This document shows positions 17,769-26,762 of a DNA stretch of 64,000 nt, piece by piece. This DNA is from Acidobacteriota bacterium. Lineage in GTDB: Bacteria > Acidobacteriota > Vicinamibacteria > Vicinamibacterales > SCN-69-37. Location: NCBI GenBank assembly GCA_009694745.1, contig SHUF01000001.1, positions 12,914 through 76,913 of the forward strand. Direction: 5' to 3'. The notes under the pieces were generated by a model. It was given only the letters and a program-made list of their open reading frames with translations. It was not told the DNA's origin and made no database searches. The first letter of the stretch is position 1. Each line of letters opens with the position of its first letter. The position numbers were made by a program, and so were the translations under genes.

Positions 17769-18656
17769 CTACTTGATCGTGACCTTGACCTCGAAGCGCC
17801 GATAGTTGCGGTAGTCGGCCACGCTGCGAATCTCCTCGAATTGCGTCTGAATCCGCGTGCGGGGATCGGACCCTACCTGCCCCCGGCCGCCTTCAAGATA
17901 GTGCTCGATGAACCTGGTCGGCACCCACATGCCGAGCCGGACGTCCGGTGCGTATTCCGTGGTCAATTCGGCCCGCACGGCCCCCAGCGTCGTTCTCAGC
18001 ATCGCCTGACTGATGCGACCGGAGGTCGCGTGCACGACGAACTCCCCGATTGAGGGCACGGGCGTGCGTGACAGGTCCTGGATCAGCGTGTCGGGCACAC
18101 GGGCTTCCTTCGCGGCGATCGTCACCCAGACGCCATCCGCCCTCTTCTGCACACGCCTGCGCTCGAACGTGACGTGCGGGCGATAACGGTCGGCGAGCAG
18201 CAGCAGGCTCAGCGTGGGTTCGTTGAAGTTGCGGACAATGCGGCCCAGGTTGAACCGCGAGTTGTACCGTTTGAATGTCCTGGCGACCTCGTCGGGCGGG
18301 AGCGTGCGCAGGGCTTCGCGCAGGTTGGGCCGGTCCTTGATGGCCTTACCGTTTTGCGAGAGCACGTCACGGATGGCCATCCAGTCGCTGCCGGGCGCGT
18401 ACATGAAGAACACCTCACTCTGAAGGGTCCTCAGGCGCGGCATGGTCTCTTCGCGCGGCGTCTGACCATGAATCTGCTGCCGGTATTCCTCGTCGGCCAG
18501 AATGGCGGTCAGTTCACGCTGGTAACCGTTGACGTAGGCGACGGCTGCCGCCACCACAGCGTCCAGGCTCGTGGAGTCCTCGACGGCCGAGCGCTGCCGC
18601 GCTACCAGCGGCAGAGCGGCAGCAACCAGCAGGCTCAGGACGAGCGCACGTCTCAC
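17769..18656 (-). CDS. Hypothetical secreted protein
   Basis: I prefer the GTG start at 18656, which has AAGGAGG 5 nt upstream. The listed TTG start at 18680 would sit inside the terminator A/T run. Signal peptide VRRALVLSLLVAAALPLVA. No family recognised. Confidence 0.6.
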   Translation of the reverse strand: MRRALVLSLLVAAALPLVARQRSAVEDSTSLDAVVAAAVAYVNGYQRELTAILADEEYRQQIHGQTPREETMPRLRTLQSEVFFMYAPGSDWMAIRDVLSQNGKAIKDRPNLREALRTLPPDEVARTFKRYNSRFNLGRIVRNFNEPTLSLLLLADRYRPHVTFERRRVQKRADGVWVTIAAKEARVPDTLIQDLSRTPVPSIGEFVVHATSGRISQAMLRTTLGAVRAELTTEYAPDVRLGMWVPTRFIEHYLEGGRGQVGSDPRTRIQTQFEEIRSVADYRNYRRFEVKVTIK

Positions 18657-18678
18657 GCGGCCTCCTTGAGTGGCGGGC

Positions 18679-18715
18679 AAAAAAAACGGCCCCGGGCATT
18701 GTATGCCCGGGGCCG
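18679..18715 (-). terminator. Rho-independent terminator of the 18773-21970 gene
   Basis: Minus strand reads CGGCCCCGGGCAT-ACA-ATGCCCGGGGCCG followed by TTTTTTTT: a 13-bp GC stem plus an 8-T run, 58 nt downstream of the stop. Confidence 0.85.
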
Positions 18716-18772
18716 GTATGTTGAGTGCTACCCGCCTTCGCTCTTACAAGCTACGGCGGGCCAGCGCCGTTC

Positions 18773-21700
18773 TTAGAACCAGAGCGTCACGCCGACGCGG
18801 AAGACCCGCGGCGGCAGGATCGAGCTGATGCGGTCCTTCGGCGCGACCGGGTTGGTCGTGGTCCCCACCAAGCTGATGTTGTTGCTCGAGAAACCGAGCA
18901 CCGGCGCCGAGTTCAGGACGTTGAATCCGTCGAGCGTCAGCTTGATCCGGTTCTGACCCCCCCGGAACGTGAACGTCTTGTTCAGGCCAAGGTCCCACAG
19001 GAGCGTCCGCTCCAAATGGTCCGTATCCTCGGGCTGGAACCGTAGCGTGCTGTAGCTGATCGCGCCCGTGGTGCCACCATACACCTGACCGGGGCCGTTG
19101 ATGAACAAGACTCGCGTCGAGCCCTCGTTCATGTTGAAGTTCGTGGACGCCATGATGCCCCAGGGCAGGTCGTAGCTGCCGTTCGCCTTGAACAGATACG
19201 CCGCGCCGGTGTTCACCCCATTGTAGTACTCGAGACCTGTTGGATTCGAGTAGCTACCTACTGGGTTGAAGTCATTGCGCTTCTGTAGTGTGAGCGCGAT
19301 GTTGAGCTGCCACTTGTCGCTGTACCGCTTGTTGAGGGTCAGGTCCACGCCCTGGTAGGTCTGGTAGGACAAGCTCGTAGCGGTGATAGACGCGCCCGAG
19401 GGTCGCGCCTGTCCCTGCTTCACCATGTAGTAGTTCCCTGACTTACCTGTCACCGGATCCACGTAGGCGCTGGAGGTCGTTTCATAGACACTCGACGCGG
19501 GGAAGCCCGCCGCCCCAGGCTCGAAGCCGATGATGTAGCCACTGGTGCCATTGTCATACCGTCGGTAGATGTAGTCCACCCCCACCGCCATGTTGGCTAT
19601 CAGTTCGTGCGAGGCGCCAACCGTGAATTCCCTCGTCCGGCTGAGCTTCGCATCGTTGGACACGCGGTTGCCTGCGGCAACGATTGCGCCGTTCACAAAA
19701 TTGCTCGGCAAGTTTGGCACGCCGATGAGTTCCGGGCGCTGGATCGTTCCATCACGATTCGCGTCCGTCCAGCAGCTGGAACCCACCGTGGTGCTGCACG
19801 CGCCGCTGCTCTGGTTGGGACCCCAGCTCACGAAGAAGTTGCCCAGCCCCGACAGGGCGTTGGCCAGCGTGATCTTCGTCTGGTAGTAGTAGGACCCGGA
19901 GGCCTTGAGCGCCGTCTTGCCGTTGCCAAATAGGTCATAGGTCATCGACACCCGGGGCGAGAACTGGTGGAACGCCCGCAATTCTTCGACCTGTCCCGTC
20001 AGGGGGCTCAGGCCGCCCGTGGCCGGCTCTTCGCAGTAGCCCGGCAGAATATCCGGAATAATTTCGTTCGCCGTCACGCACCCGCCCAGCCACTTGGACT
20101 GCTGCCAGTCGTACCGCAGACCCGCGTTCACGCGCAGCTGCTTGTAGCTGTAGGAATCCTGGATGTAGCCGTTGTACGACCACCAGTCGTTGTGGAGCAG
20201 GTAGTCGCGGGCCAAATTCGCCGAGTAGGGCACCAGCCCGGTCGTCCCACCCACAGCTGTGTAGGCCCTGCCGTCGCCACAGTTCTCGAGCAAATTGTTC
20301 ACGCACTGCACGACCGCCTGTCCGCCGCCGCTCGGGTGGGTGAACGACGTAATCGGATTCTTGCGGTAGCCGGCGCCGAACTTGAAGCTGTGGTCGCCGC
20401 CGAGGACGTTCGTCAGGAACAACGTGGCGTCCGTCTTGAGGTCGAACGACGGGCGGATGGTCTGGTAGTTGCTGAAGAGCGAGCGGCTCAGGTTACCCGT
20501 CGTGCGAATCTGCTGCTGCTGAATGTTGAACATGCACTGCGGTTTGGTCGCCTGCGGATAGGACGACCGGTCCTTGCTGCCCGTGTACCGCGTGCCGCCG
20601 CAGTCCCCCTGCGTATCCTGATAGTCCAGGAAGAAGCCGCCGAACACCTTCGTGAGCGCCGTGTTAAACACCAGCCGGTCGCTCGCGATGAACGTGTGCG
20701 TGAGCTGGTGCAGCGGGAGCGGGAAGTACTTCCAGTAGATTTCGCTCGTCTGGATGGTGGTCGCTTCCTTCTCCGTGAAGGCACTCGCCCCGCGGGCGTT
20801 GCGGAACTTGTTGTCGCTCGAGAACTGATACTGGAACTTGTGTGACGCGTTCAACTGGAAGTTGAACTTGCCCTGCTTGTTCTTGAGGACCGTGAGGTCG
20901 CTCGACAGGCAGTCCTGCACCTTTTCGAGGTTGGAATAGTTCAGGGTGCCAGCCGTCAGCAACGTGCCGGCGCGCTGGGCGTCGGCAAACTGGACGCAGT
21001 CGGGCCGCGCGCGGTCGAAGAAGTTCACAACGCCGGCATTGATCGACGTCTTGTCGGCCGCCGCCCACCACCAGAGGCGGTTCTTGATGATCGGACCGCC
21101 GTACTCGGCCGAGAAGGCGTAAATCTTCTTGATCGGCGCGCCTGATAAGAACCCGCCCGTCCCGCGCGCAAACTGCGTTTCGGTCACGTTGTTTGCCTGC
21201 ATCTTGTCGTTCTGGAACGTGCTCAGCGCGGAGCCCTTGAACACGTTGCTGCCGCTCTTGGTCACCAGGTTGATCGACAGGCCCGACGACTGCACCGACA
21301 CGTCGCCGCCGCCGTTGGTCACCGAGATCTGGTCGAACGAGTCAAAGTTAAAGTACGCCGGCGACGAGTTGGACGACAGGTCGGTGATCGACCCGCCTTC
21401 CAGGTTCCACTGCACGTTCGAGCTCGTGCCGCGCGACGTGAGACCCACCTGTTGGCCCGACGACGAGCCACCGACGTTGAGGCCGGCCTGCACGCCGGGG
21501 GTCATGTTGATGATCTGCCACGGGTCGCGCGCGGTCGGAATCTTCTCGAGGATTTCCGACGTGAACGTCGCACCCGACGTGGTCTTCTTCGTGTCGACGA
21601 CGGGGGCCGCCGCCGAGACGGTGAGTTCTTCCGACATCGCGCCGACTTCCATCTTCATGTCGATGGGCGCGTTGAATCCGCTGGTAATCACAATGCCGGC

Positions 21701-21970
21701 ACGCACGGCTTTCTTGAAGCCGCTCAATTCGAACGTCACCGAAAACGTGCCGTTCGGCACGGTCGGAAACTGGTACGCGCCACTGCTGGCAGTAACCAAG
21801 ACCAACGGCGCCTGCAGCGCCGGACCCGCCACGGTCACCGTCACGCCGGGCAGCACGCCGCCGGACGTATCAGTGGCCTTGCCGAAGATCGAACCCTGGG
21901 CCAGGGCCGCTCCGGTCATTATCACGGTCGCCACGGTAGCTAACGCCACCACTCGAAAGACTCGCATCAT
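18773..21970 (-). CDS. TonB-dependent receptor-like outer-membrane protein with N-terminal CarboxypepD_reg-like domain
   Basis: Start moved to the ATG at 21970 (GGAGGAG-AAAAGG-ATG). Signal peptide ending ALAQG. GSIFGKATDTSGGVLPGVTVTV, a long beta-rich body and a terminal ...GVTLWF. Confidence 0.8.
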   Translation of the reverse strand: MMRVFRVVALATVATVIMTGAALAQGSIFGKATDTSGGVLPGVTVTVAGPALQAPLVLVTASSGAYQFPTVPNGTFSVTFELSGFKKAVRAGIVITSGFNAPIDMKMEVGAMSEELTVSAAAPVVDTKKTTSGATFTSEILEKIPTARDPWQIINMTPGVQAGLNVGGSSSGQQVGLTSRGTSSNVQWNLEGGSITDLSSNSSPAYFNFDSFDQISVTNGGGDVSVQSSGLSINLVTKSGSNVFKGSALSTFQNDKMQANNVTETQFARGTGGFLSGAPIKKIYAFSAEYGGPIIKNRLWWWAAADKTSINAGVVNFFDRARPDCVQFADAQRAGTLLTAGTLNYSNLEKVQDCLSSDLTVLKNKQGKFNFQLNASHKFQYQFSSDNKFRNARGASAFTEKEATTIQTSEIYWKYFPLPLHQLTHTFIASDRLVFNTALTKVFGGFFLDYQDTQGDCGGTRYTGSKDRSSYPQATKPQCMFNIQQQQIRTTGNLSRSLFSNYQTIRPSFDLKTDATLFLTNVLGGDHSFKFGAGYRKNPITSFTHPSGGGQAVVQCVNNLLENCGDGRAYTAVGGTTGLVPYSANLARDYLLHNDWWSYNGYIQDSYSYKQLRVNAGLRYDWQQSKWLGGCVTANEIIPDILPGYCEEPATGGLSPLTGQVEELRAFHQFSPRVSMTYDLFGNGKTALKASGSYYYQTKITLANALSGLGNFFVSWGPNQSSGACSTTVGSSCWTDANRDGTIQRPELIGVPNLPSNFVNGAIVAAGNRVSNDAKLSRTREFTVGASHELIANMAVGVDYIYRRYDNGTSGYIIGFEPGAAGFPASSVYETTSSAYVDPVTGKSGNYYMVKQGQARPSGASITATSLSYQTYQGVDLTLNKRYSDKWQLNIALTLQKRNDFNPVGSYSNPTGLEYYNGVNTGAAYLFKANGSYDLPWGIMASTNFNMNEGSTRVLFINGPGQVYGGTTGAISYSTLRFQPEDTDHLERTLLWDLGLNKTFTFRGGQNRIKLTLDGFNVLNSAPVLGFSSNNISLVGTTTNPVAPKDRISSILPPRVFRVGVTLWF

Positions 21971-22059
21971 CCTTTTCTCCTCCATCAGTCACAAAAAGAT
22001 CACATGCCAGCAAAGGCAACGCCCTTCGACAGCCGTGTGAACTATTGCGACGGTGAGGC

Positions 22060-22089
22060 ATCCTACGCCGGTCGGAGGAATGTGGTCAA
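22060..22089 (-). promoter_or_regulatory. Candidate sigma70-type promoter for the OMP gene
   Basis: Minus strand reads TTGACC, an 18-nt spacer, then TAGGAT, about 90 nt upstream of the ATG at 21970. Hexamer match only. Confidence 0.3.
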
Positions 22090-22161
22090 GTGCATCGGAG
22101 GAGAATTGTTGATGGTATACTCAGTATGGGTATGTGATTGTGCCCAATGTGCCGGGCGGTC

Positions 22162-22434
22162 TCAGGAGAACCGGTCGAAAATATCGACCAATTCCTTCAA
22201 GCGGGCCTGGCCTTCTTCCCGGCCCTGTTCGACGCCCGACGGCACACACTGTTCAACGTGCGTCCGCAGGACGGCCAGACTGATGCGATTCAACGCGGCC
22301 TCGGCCGCTGAGAGCTGCTGCAGGATCTCCACACACAAACGGGGCTCTTGCACCATCCGCCGGATCCCGCGTACCTGCCCTTCGACCCGGTTGAGCCGAG
22401 TCACCAGAAGTTGCTGCTGGGCCACGTCTAACAT
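22162..22434 (-). CDS. csoR: CsoR/RcnR-family metal-sensing transcriptional repressor (Cys-His-Cys, CsoR-like fingerprint)
   Basis: 90 aa. LVTRLNRVEGQVRGIRRMV core. C34, H59 and C63 occupy the x-C-H-C ligand positions of Cu(I)-sensing CsoR. Confidence 0.75.
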   Translation of the reverse strand: MLDVAQQQLLVTRLNRVEGQVRGIRRMVQEPRLCVEILQQLSAAEAALNRISLAVLRTHVEQCVPSGVEQGREEGQARLKELVDIFDRFS

Positions 22435-22503
22435 GCCCCTGACTACGACCGTCCGCGACGCCTGTTACAACTGTCATAACAAGCTTGACGATTGTGCTTG
22501 AAA

Positions 22504-22521
22504 TGAATGAACATTCATTCA
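22504..22521. promoter_or_regulatory. Perfect 8-2-8 palindrome TGAATGAA-CA-TTCATTCA, candidate TetR/FadR operator
   Basis: AT-rich 18-mer in GC-rich DNA, 5 nt upstream of the TetR start codon and just downstream of a TTGACG hexamer (22485-22490). Confidence 0.6.
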
Positions 22522-22526
22522 GTACC

Positions 22527-23144
22527 ATGGCCCGCACACTCCGCATGCCACGCCCACCCGCCCCCGCCGCCGCCGACAAGCGCGTCCTCATCCTGGACGC
22601 CGCCACGCGCGTCTTTGCCGAACGCGGCTTCTTTGGCGCACAGGTGGCCGACATCGCCCGGCGGGCCGGAATCGCCGCCGGCACGGTCTACCTCTACTTC
22701 CGCAGCAAGGACGAACTACTCATCAGCGTGTTCGATCGCACCATGCAGGACGCCATTCGCGAGGGCCGCGAGGCGCTGGCGACCATCGACGACCCGACCG
22801 CCCGCCTGCGCCGCATCGCACACCTGCACCTGGCCCGCCTCGGAGGCGACCGCGACCTCGCCGTGGTGTTTCAGGTGGAACTGCGCCAGTCCACGAAGTT
22901 CATGGCGCGCCTCTCCACGTCGCGTCTGCGCGACTACCTCGGCCTTATCCGCGACACCATCGTCGACGGCCAGGCGCGCGGCGCGTTCCGCGCACAGGTG
23001 CCCGCCACGCTCGCCGCCAAAGTGTTCTTCGGCGCGCTCGACGAAATGGCCACCAACTGGATCCTCTCAGATCGCCGCTACGCGCTGGTGGACGATGCGG
23101 ATGCGGTGGTGGATGTGTTCCTCCACGGAGTGAGCGCATCATGA
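22527..23144 (+). CDS. TetR family transcriptional regulator (FadR-like, heads the beta-oxidation operon)
   Basis: ATG at 22527 (MARTLRMPRPP...). The listed 22485 start is the TTG of a -35-like TTGACG. HTH region ILDAATRVFAERGFFGAQVADIARRAGIAAGTVYLYFRSKDELL. Confidence 0.8.
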   Translation: MARTLRMPRPPAPAAADKRVLILDAATRVFAERGFFGAQVADIARRAGIAAGTVYLYFRSKDELLISVFDRTMQDAIREGREALATIDDPTARLRRIAHLHLARLGGDRDLAVVFQVELRQSTKFMARLSTSRLRDYLGLIRDTIVDGQARGAFRAQVPATLAAKVFFGALDEMATNWILSDRRYALVDDADAVVDVFLHGVSAS

Positions 23145-25378
23145 CGCACCGCCTTCGTTCCGCCGCGGTGCTTGGCGCAGGCACGATGGGTGCGCAAATT
23201 GCCGCGCACCTGGCCAATGCCGGCATCCCCGTCCACCTGCTTGACGTGACCGCTGAAGCGGCCGCTGCCGGCCTGGCGCGGGCACGCGCGCTCAAACCAG
23301 ATCCATTTTTTGTCGCCGACGCGGCGGCACTCATCCACACCGGCAGCCTGGACGACCTGTCGCCCCTCGCCACCGCCGACTGGATCATCGAGGCGGTCAT
23401 CGAGAATCTGGCTGTCAAGCAGGCATTGGCCGAACGCATCGATGCCGTGCGCGCGCCTCACGCCGTGGTCTCATCCAACACGTCGGGCATTCCCCTGGCA
23501 CTGGTCGCACAGGGACGCTCGGAAGGATTCAGGCGCCACTGGACGGGCACGCACTTCTTCAACCCGCCGCGATACTTGCGGCTGGTGGAACTCATTGCCA
23601 CCGCCGACACCGACCCGGCTGTCACGGCGCGTGTGCGCGGCTGGCTTGACCACCTGTTGGGCAAAGGCGTTGTCGAGGCGAAGGACACCCCGGCCTTCAT
23701 CGCCAATCACCTGGGCCTGTTCGGCGTCGTGCGGTTGCTTGACGCGGTGGCCGACGCCAGCGTGACGATTGAAGAAGTGGACGCCATGACCGGACCAATC
23801 ATCGGCCGGCCAAAAAGCGCCACGTTCCGCACCGTGGACATCGCGGGCCTCGACATTCTGGCCAAAGTCGCGCACGACCTGTCTGTGCGCCTTCCACGTG
23901 AGGAAGACCGCCGCGCGTTTGTGCCGCCGCCGTTTGTGGCCGCCATGCTCGAGCGCGGGCTGCTGGGCGACAAAACGGGCCAGGGCTTCTACAAGAAGAC
24001 GCGCGCGGCTGGCGCCACGGAGATTCTGACGCTGGACCCGGCTTCTCTGAGCTATCGCGAGAAGCCGTCCGTTCGTCTTCCGGAACTGGACGCTGCACGC
24101 GGCACGACGGACACCGGCGCCCGCACTCGCGACCTGTTCCTTGGCACACACAAGACCGGCGACCTGCTGCGACGCACGCTCGGCCCGACGTTGCTCTACG
24201 CCGCGCGCATTGCCGGCGACATCGCGCACGACATCAACGACATCGATCGCGCGATGCGCTGGGGCTTCGGCTGGGACCTCGGCCCATTCGAATTGTGGGA
24301 CGCGATTGGGGTCCAGAACGTGTTGGCCGCCTGCGGCGTCACCGAACGTCCGGCCATGCTGCATGGGCGCCTGCGGTTCCGCGAAGGCCGGCTTCCCGCG
24401 GCAGCGCCCGACCTGCTGATTCTTCAATCCGCGCGTGATCGGGGCGCCATCGTGGCGAGCAACGAAGGCGCGAGTCTCATTGACGTGGGCGACGGCGTCC
24501 TCTGCGTGGAGTTCCACTCCAAGATGAACGCCATCGGTGGCGACTCCATTGCCATGCTGCAGGCGGGCGTGCGCGAGGCCGAAGCCAACTTCGAGGCTCT
24601 GGTCGTGGGCAACGATGCGCCAAATTTCTCGGCCGGCGCCAACCTGATGCTGCTCCTGCTCGAGGCACAGGAAGGCAACTGGGACGAGGTTGATCTGATG
24701 ATCCGCGCCTTCCAGGGCTCGACCATGGCGCTCAAGACGGCGGCGGTGCCCGTGGTCATTGCGCCCGGCGGCCTGACGCTCGGCGGCGGATGTGAACTGA
24801 GCCTGCACGGCGACCGCGTGCAGGCGGCGGCCGAAACCTACATGGGCCTGGTCGAGGTGGGTGTCGGCCTGATCCCCGCGGGCGGCGGAACGAAAGAAAT
24901 GCTGCTGCGTGCGCCCGATGCCCAGGCCGCTTTTGAAACGATCGGCTTCGGCAAGGTCTCAACGAGCGGCCCGGATGCGAAGCGGCTTGGATATCTGCAG
25001 AGAGCCGACGGCATCTCGATGAATCGCGAACGGCTCATCACCGATGCCAAGGCCGTCGCCCTTGGGCTGGCGCGTGCGGGTTACCGCGCGCCGGCACGGC
25101 GCAATGCGATCGCCGTTGGCGGCCCCACGGCGTTTGCCACCCTGTCGCTCGGCGTTCACCTCGCATGGCGCGCCGGCCGGCTCAGCGGTCACGACGTGGT
25201 CATCGGCCGCAAGCTCGCCTGGATTCTCACCGGCGGCAACGTCTCGCACGCCACGACACTCTCGGAAGATCAGCTCCTCGATCTGGAACGTGAAGCGTTC
25301 CTCAGTCTGTGCGGAGAACCGAAAACGCTCGAACGAATCGCCTACACGTTGAAGACCGGAAAAACGTTGAGAAATTAG
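23141..25378 (+). CDS. Bifunctional 3-hydroxyacyl-CoA dehydrogenase / enoyl-CoA hydratase family protein (FadN/FadB-like)
   Basis: 745 aa. Rossmann motif AVLGAGTMGAQIAAHLANAG at the N-terminus. C-terminal crotonase-like region (FSAGANLMLL...). 4-nt overlap with the TetR gene. Confidence 0.8.
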   Translation: MTHRLRSAAVLGAGTMGAQIAAHLANAGIPVHLLDVTAEAAAAGLARARALKPDPFFVADAAALIHTGSLDDLSPLATADWIIEAVIENLAVKQALAERIDAVRAPHAVVSSNTSGIPLALVAQGRSEGFRRHWTGTHFFNPPRYLRLVELIATADTDPAVTARVRGWLDHLLGKGVVEAKDTPAFIANHLGLFGVVRLLDAVADASVTIEEVDAMTGPIIGRPKSATFRTVDIAGLDILAKVAHDLSVRLPREEDRRAFVPPPFVAAMLERGLLGDKTGQGFYKKTRAAGATEILTLDPASLSYREKPSVRLPELDAARGTTDTGARTRDLFLGTHKTGDLLRRTLGPTLLYAARIAGDIAHDINDIDRAMRWGFGWDLGPFELWDAIGVQNVLAACGVTERPAMLHGRLRFREGRLPAAAPDLLILQSARDRGAIVASNEGASLIDVGDGVLCVEFHSKMNAIGGDSIAMLQAGVREAEANFEALVVGNDAPNFSAGANLMLLLLEAQEGNWDEVDLMIRAFQGSTMALKTAAVPVVIAPGGLTLGGGCELSLHGDRVQAAAETYMGLVEVGVGLIPAGGGTKEMLLRAPDAQAAFETIGFGKVSTSGPDAKRLGYLQRADGISMNRERLITDAKAVALGLARAGYRAPARRNAIAVGGPTAFATLSLGVHLAWRAGRLSGHDVVIGRKLAWILTGGNVSHATTLSEDQLLDLEREAFLSLCGEPKTLERIAYTLKTGKTLRN

Positions 25379-26170
25379 ATGGCGATGTCCTCGCTTCCCA
25401 TCGTGATCATTCCCGGCATTCAGGGCCGGTGGGAATGGATGCGCCCGGCGATTCGCGCGTTGGCCCGCTGCAGCCCATTGGGCGAAGGCGGCGTGTGGAC
25501 GTTCTCGCTCAACGACGAAGACGGCACCGGCGATCCGTTCGATCAGTGGATGACCACGATCCATCGGTTGATCGACCGCGCGGGTGGCGTGCCCGTCGTG
25601 CTCGTCGGCGTGTCGTTCGGCGGGCTGATTGCGGCGCGCTTTGCTGCACGGTATCCCGATCGCGTGGGTGCGCTGGTGCTGGTCTCGTCGCCCTCGCCGC
25701 AGATGCGGCTCGGCCCTGACGATCAGGGCATGGTGCGGCACCCCATCGCGAAACTGCCGTTTTTTGCCATGCGTGGCGTGCGGCGACTGGCGCCAGAGAT
25801 TTTCGCGGCGAAACCCACGTGGCGGGAGCGGGTCGCGTTCACGGCCGCGTACGGCTGGCAGGTGCTGACCCATCCAGTGTCGCCGCGGCAGATGGCGCGG
25901 TGGGTGCAGGCCTGGCAGGCTACGGACATCGCGTCCGAGTGCGCGCGCATCACGGCGCCGACACATCTCATCACCGGCGAGCCGCGGCTCGATCGCGTGG
26001 TACCGGTGCAGAGCACGCTGCACTATCTGACGCTGATTCCCGGCTCGACGTTTTCACGATTGTCGCGGACCGGCCACATCGGACTGGTCTCGCGGCCTGA
26101 CGATTTTTCTGTTCTGGTACATGAGTTCCTCGATGCAGCTGATGATCCCAGGTCCCGCCGGTCCGCTTGA
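25379..26170 (+). CDS. Alpha/beta hydrolase
   Basis: 263 aa. Nucleophile elbow GVSFGG, C-terminal His in RTGHIG. ATG immediately follows the upstream TAG. Confidence 0.7.
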   Translation: MAMSSLPIVIIPGIQGRWEWMRPAIRALARCSPLGEGGVWTFSLNDEDGTGDPFDQWMTTIHRLIDRAGGVPVVLVGVSFGGLIAARFAARYPDRVGALVLVSSPSPQMRLGPDDQGMVRHPIAKLPFFAMRGVRRLAPEIFAAKPTWRERVAFTAAYGWQVLTHPVSPRQMARWVQAWQATDIASECARITAPTHLITGEPRLDRVVPVQSTLHYLTLIPGSTFSRLSRTGHIGLVSRPDDFSVLVHEFLDAADDPRSRRSA

Positions 26171-26762
26171 AGCGTTGCTGGATGTGCCACCGGCCGCCGC
26201 GCCGTTGCGTGCGGCCGTCGTGTTTGCACACCCGCACCCGTCGTACGGCGGCACCATGCACACGCGCGCCGTGTACCACGGGGCCAAAGGCCTTGTCCGA
26301 GCCGGATGTGCGGTGCTGCGGTTCAACTTCAGAGGTGTCGGCGCCAGCGCAGGCGCTTTCGATCAAGGGCGGGGCGAAGTGGATGATTACCGCGCGGCGC
26401 TCAACGAGATGCACGATCGATTTACCGGTGTGCCGCTCTGGGCCGCAGGGTTCTCATTCGGTTCGTGGATTGCGCTCGAGACAGGGGCGAGTGACCCGCG
26501 GGTGTCCGCGCTCATTGCCGTCGCGCCTCCCGTGACTCGCGAGGGCTACGATTTCACCCACACGCTCGAGAGCACAAAGCCGAAGTTTTTTGTGCAGGGC
26601 GAACTCGATGAACTGTGCCCGCTGAAGGACCTGCGTGCGTTTTACGCGCGCTGCCACGAGCCGAAGGAGCTCGTGGTGGTGGACGGCGCGTCGCACCTGT
26701 TTGATGGACAGGGCCGGGAAGTGGGAGACGCCCTCGAAGACCTGCTGGGAGACTTCGCATGA
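26121..26762 (+). CDS. Alpha/beta hydrolase (small dienelactone-hydrolase-like type)
   Basis: 213 aa. [16 protein letters not shown]...[13 protein letters not shown]...GFSFGSW...GASHLF. Start uncertain (26121 or 26133). Confidence 0.7.
   Translation: MSSSMQLMIPGPAGPLEALLDVPPAAAPLRAAVVFAHPHPSYGGTMHTRAVYHGAKGLVRAGCAVLRFNFRGVGASAGAFDQGRGEVDDYRAALNEMHDRFTGVPLWAAGFSFGSWIALETGASDPRVSALIAVAPPVTREGYDFTHTLESTKPKFFVQGELDELCPLKDLRAFYARCHEPKELVVVDGASHLFDGQGREVGDALEDLLGDFA

Noticed and set aside
22114-22133. GGTATACTCAGTATGGGTAT as a CsoR operator upstream of the OMP gene.
   Set aside because: Only a 4-bp true inverted repeat (ATAC/GTAT). It lies upstream of the candidate -35 rather than over the promoter. 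This is not enough to call.
22098-22501. ORF preceded by a Shine-Dalgarno-like sequence (GGAGGAG-N8-ATG at 22111), starting MVYSVWVCDCAQCAG..., antisense to csoR.
   Set aside because: It is the tail of a 165-aa shadow ORF completely overlapping the well-supported csoR gene on the other strand. There is no recognisable family, and the GGAGG is probably coincidental.
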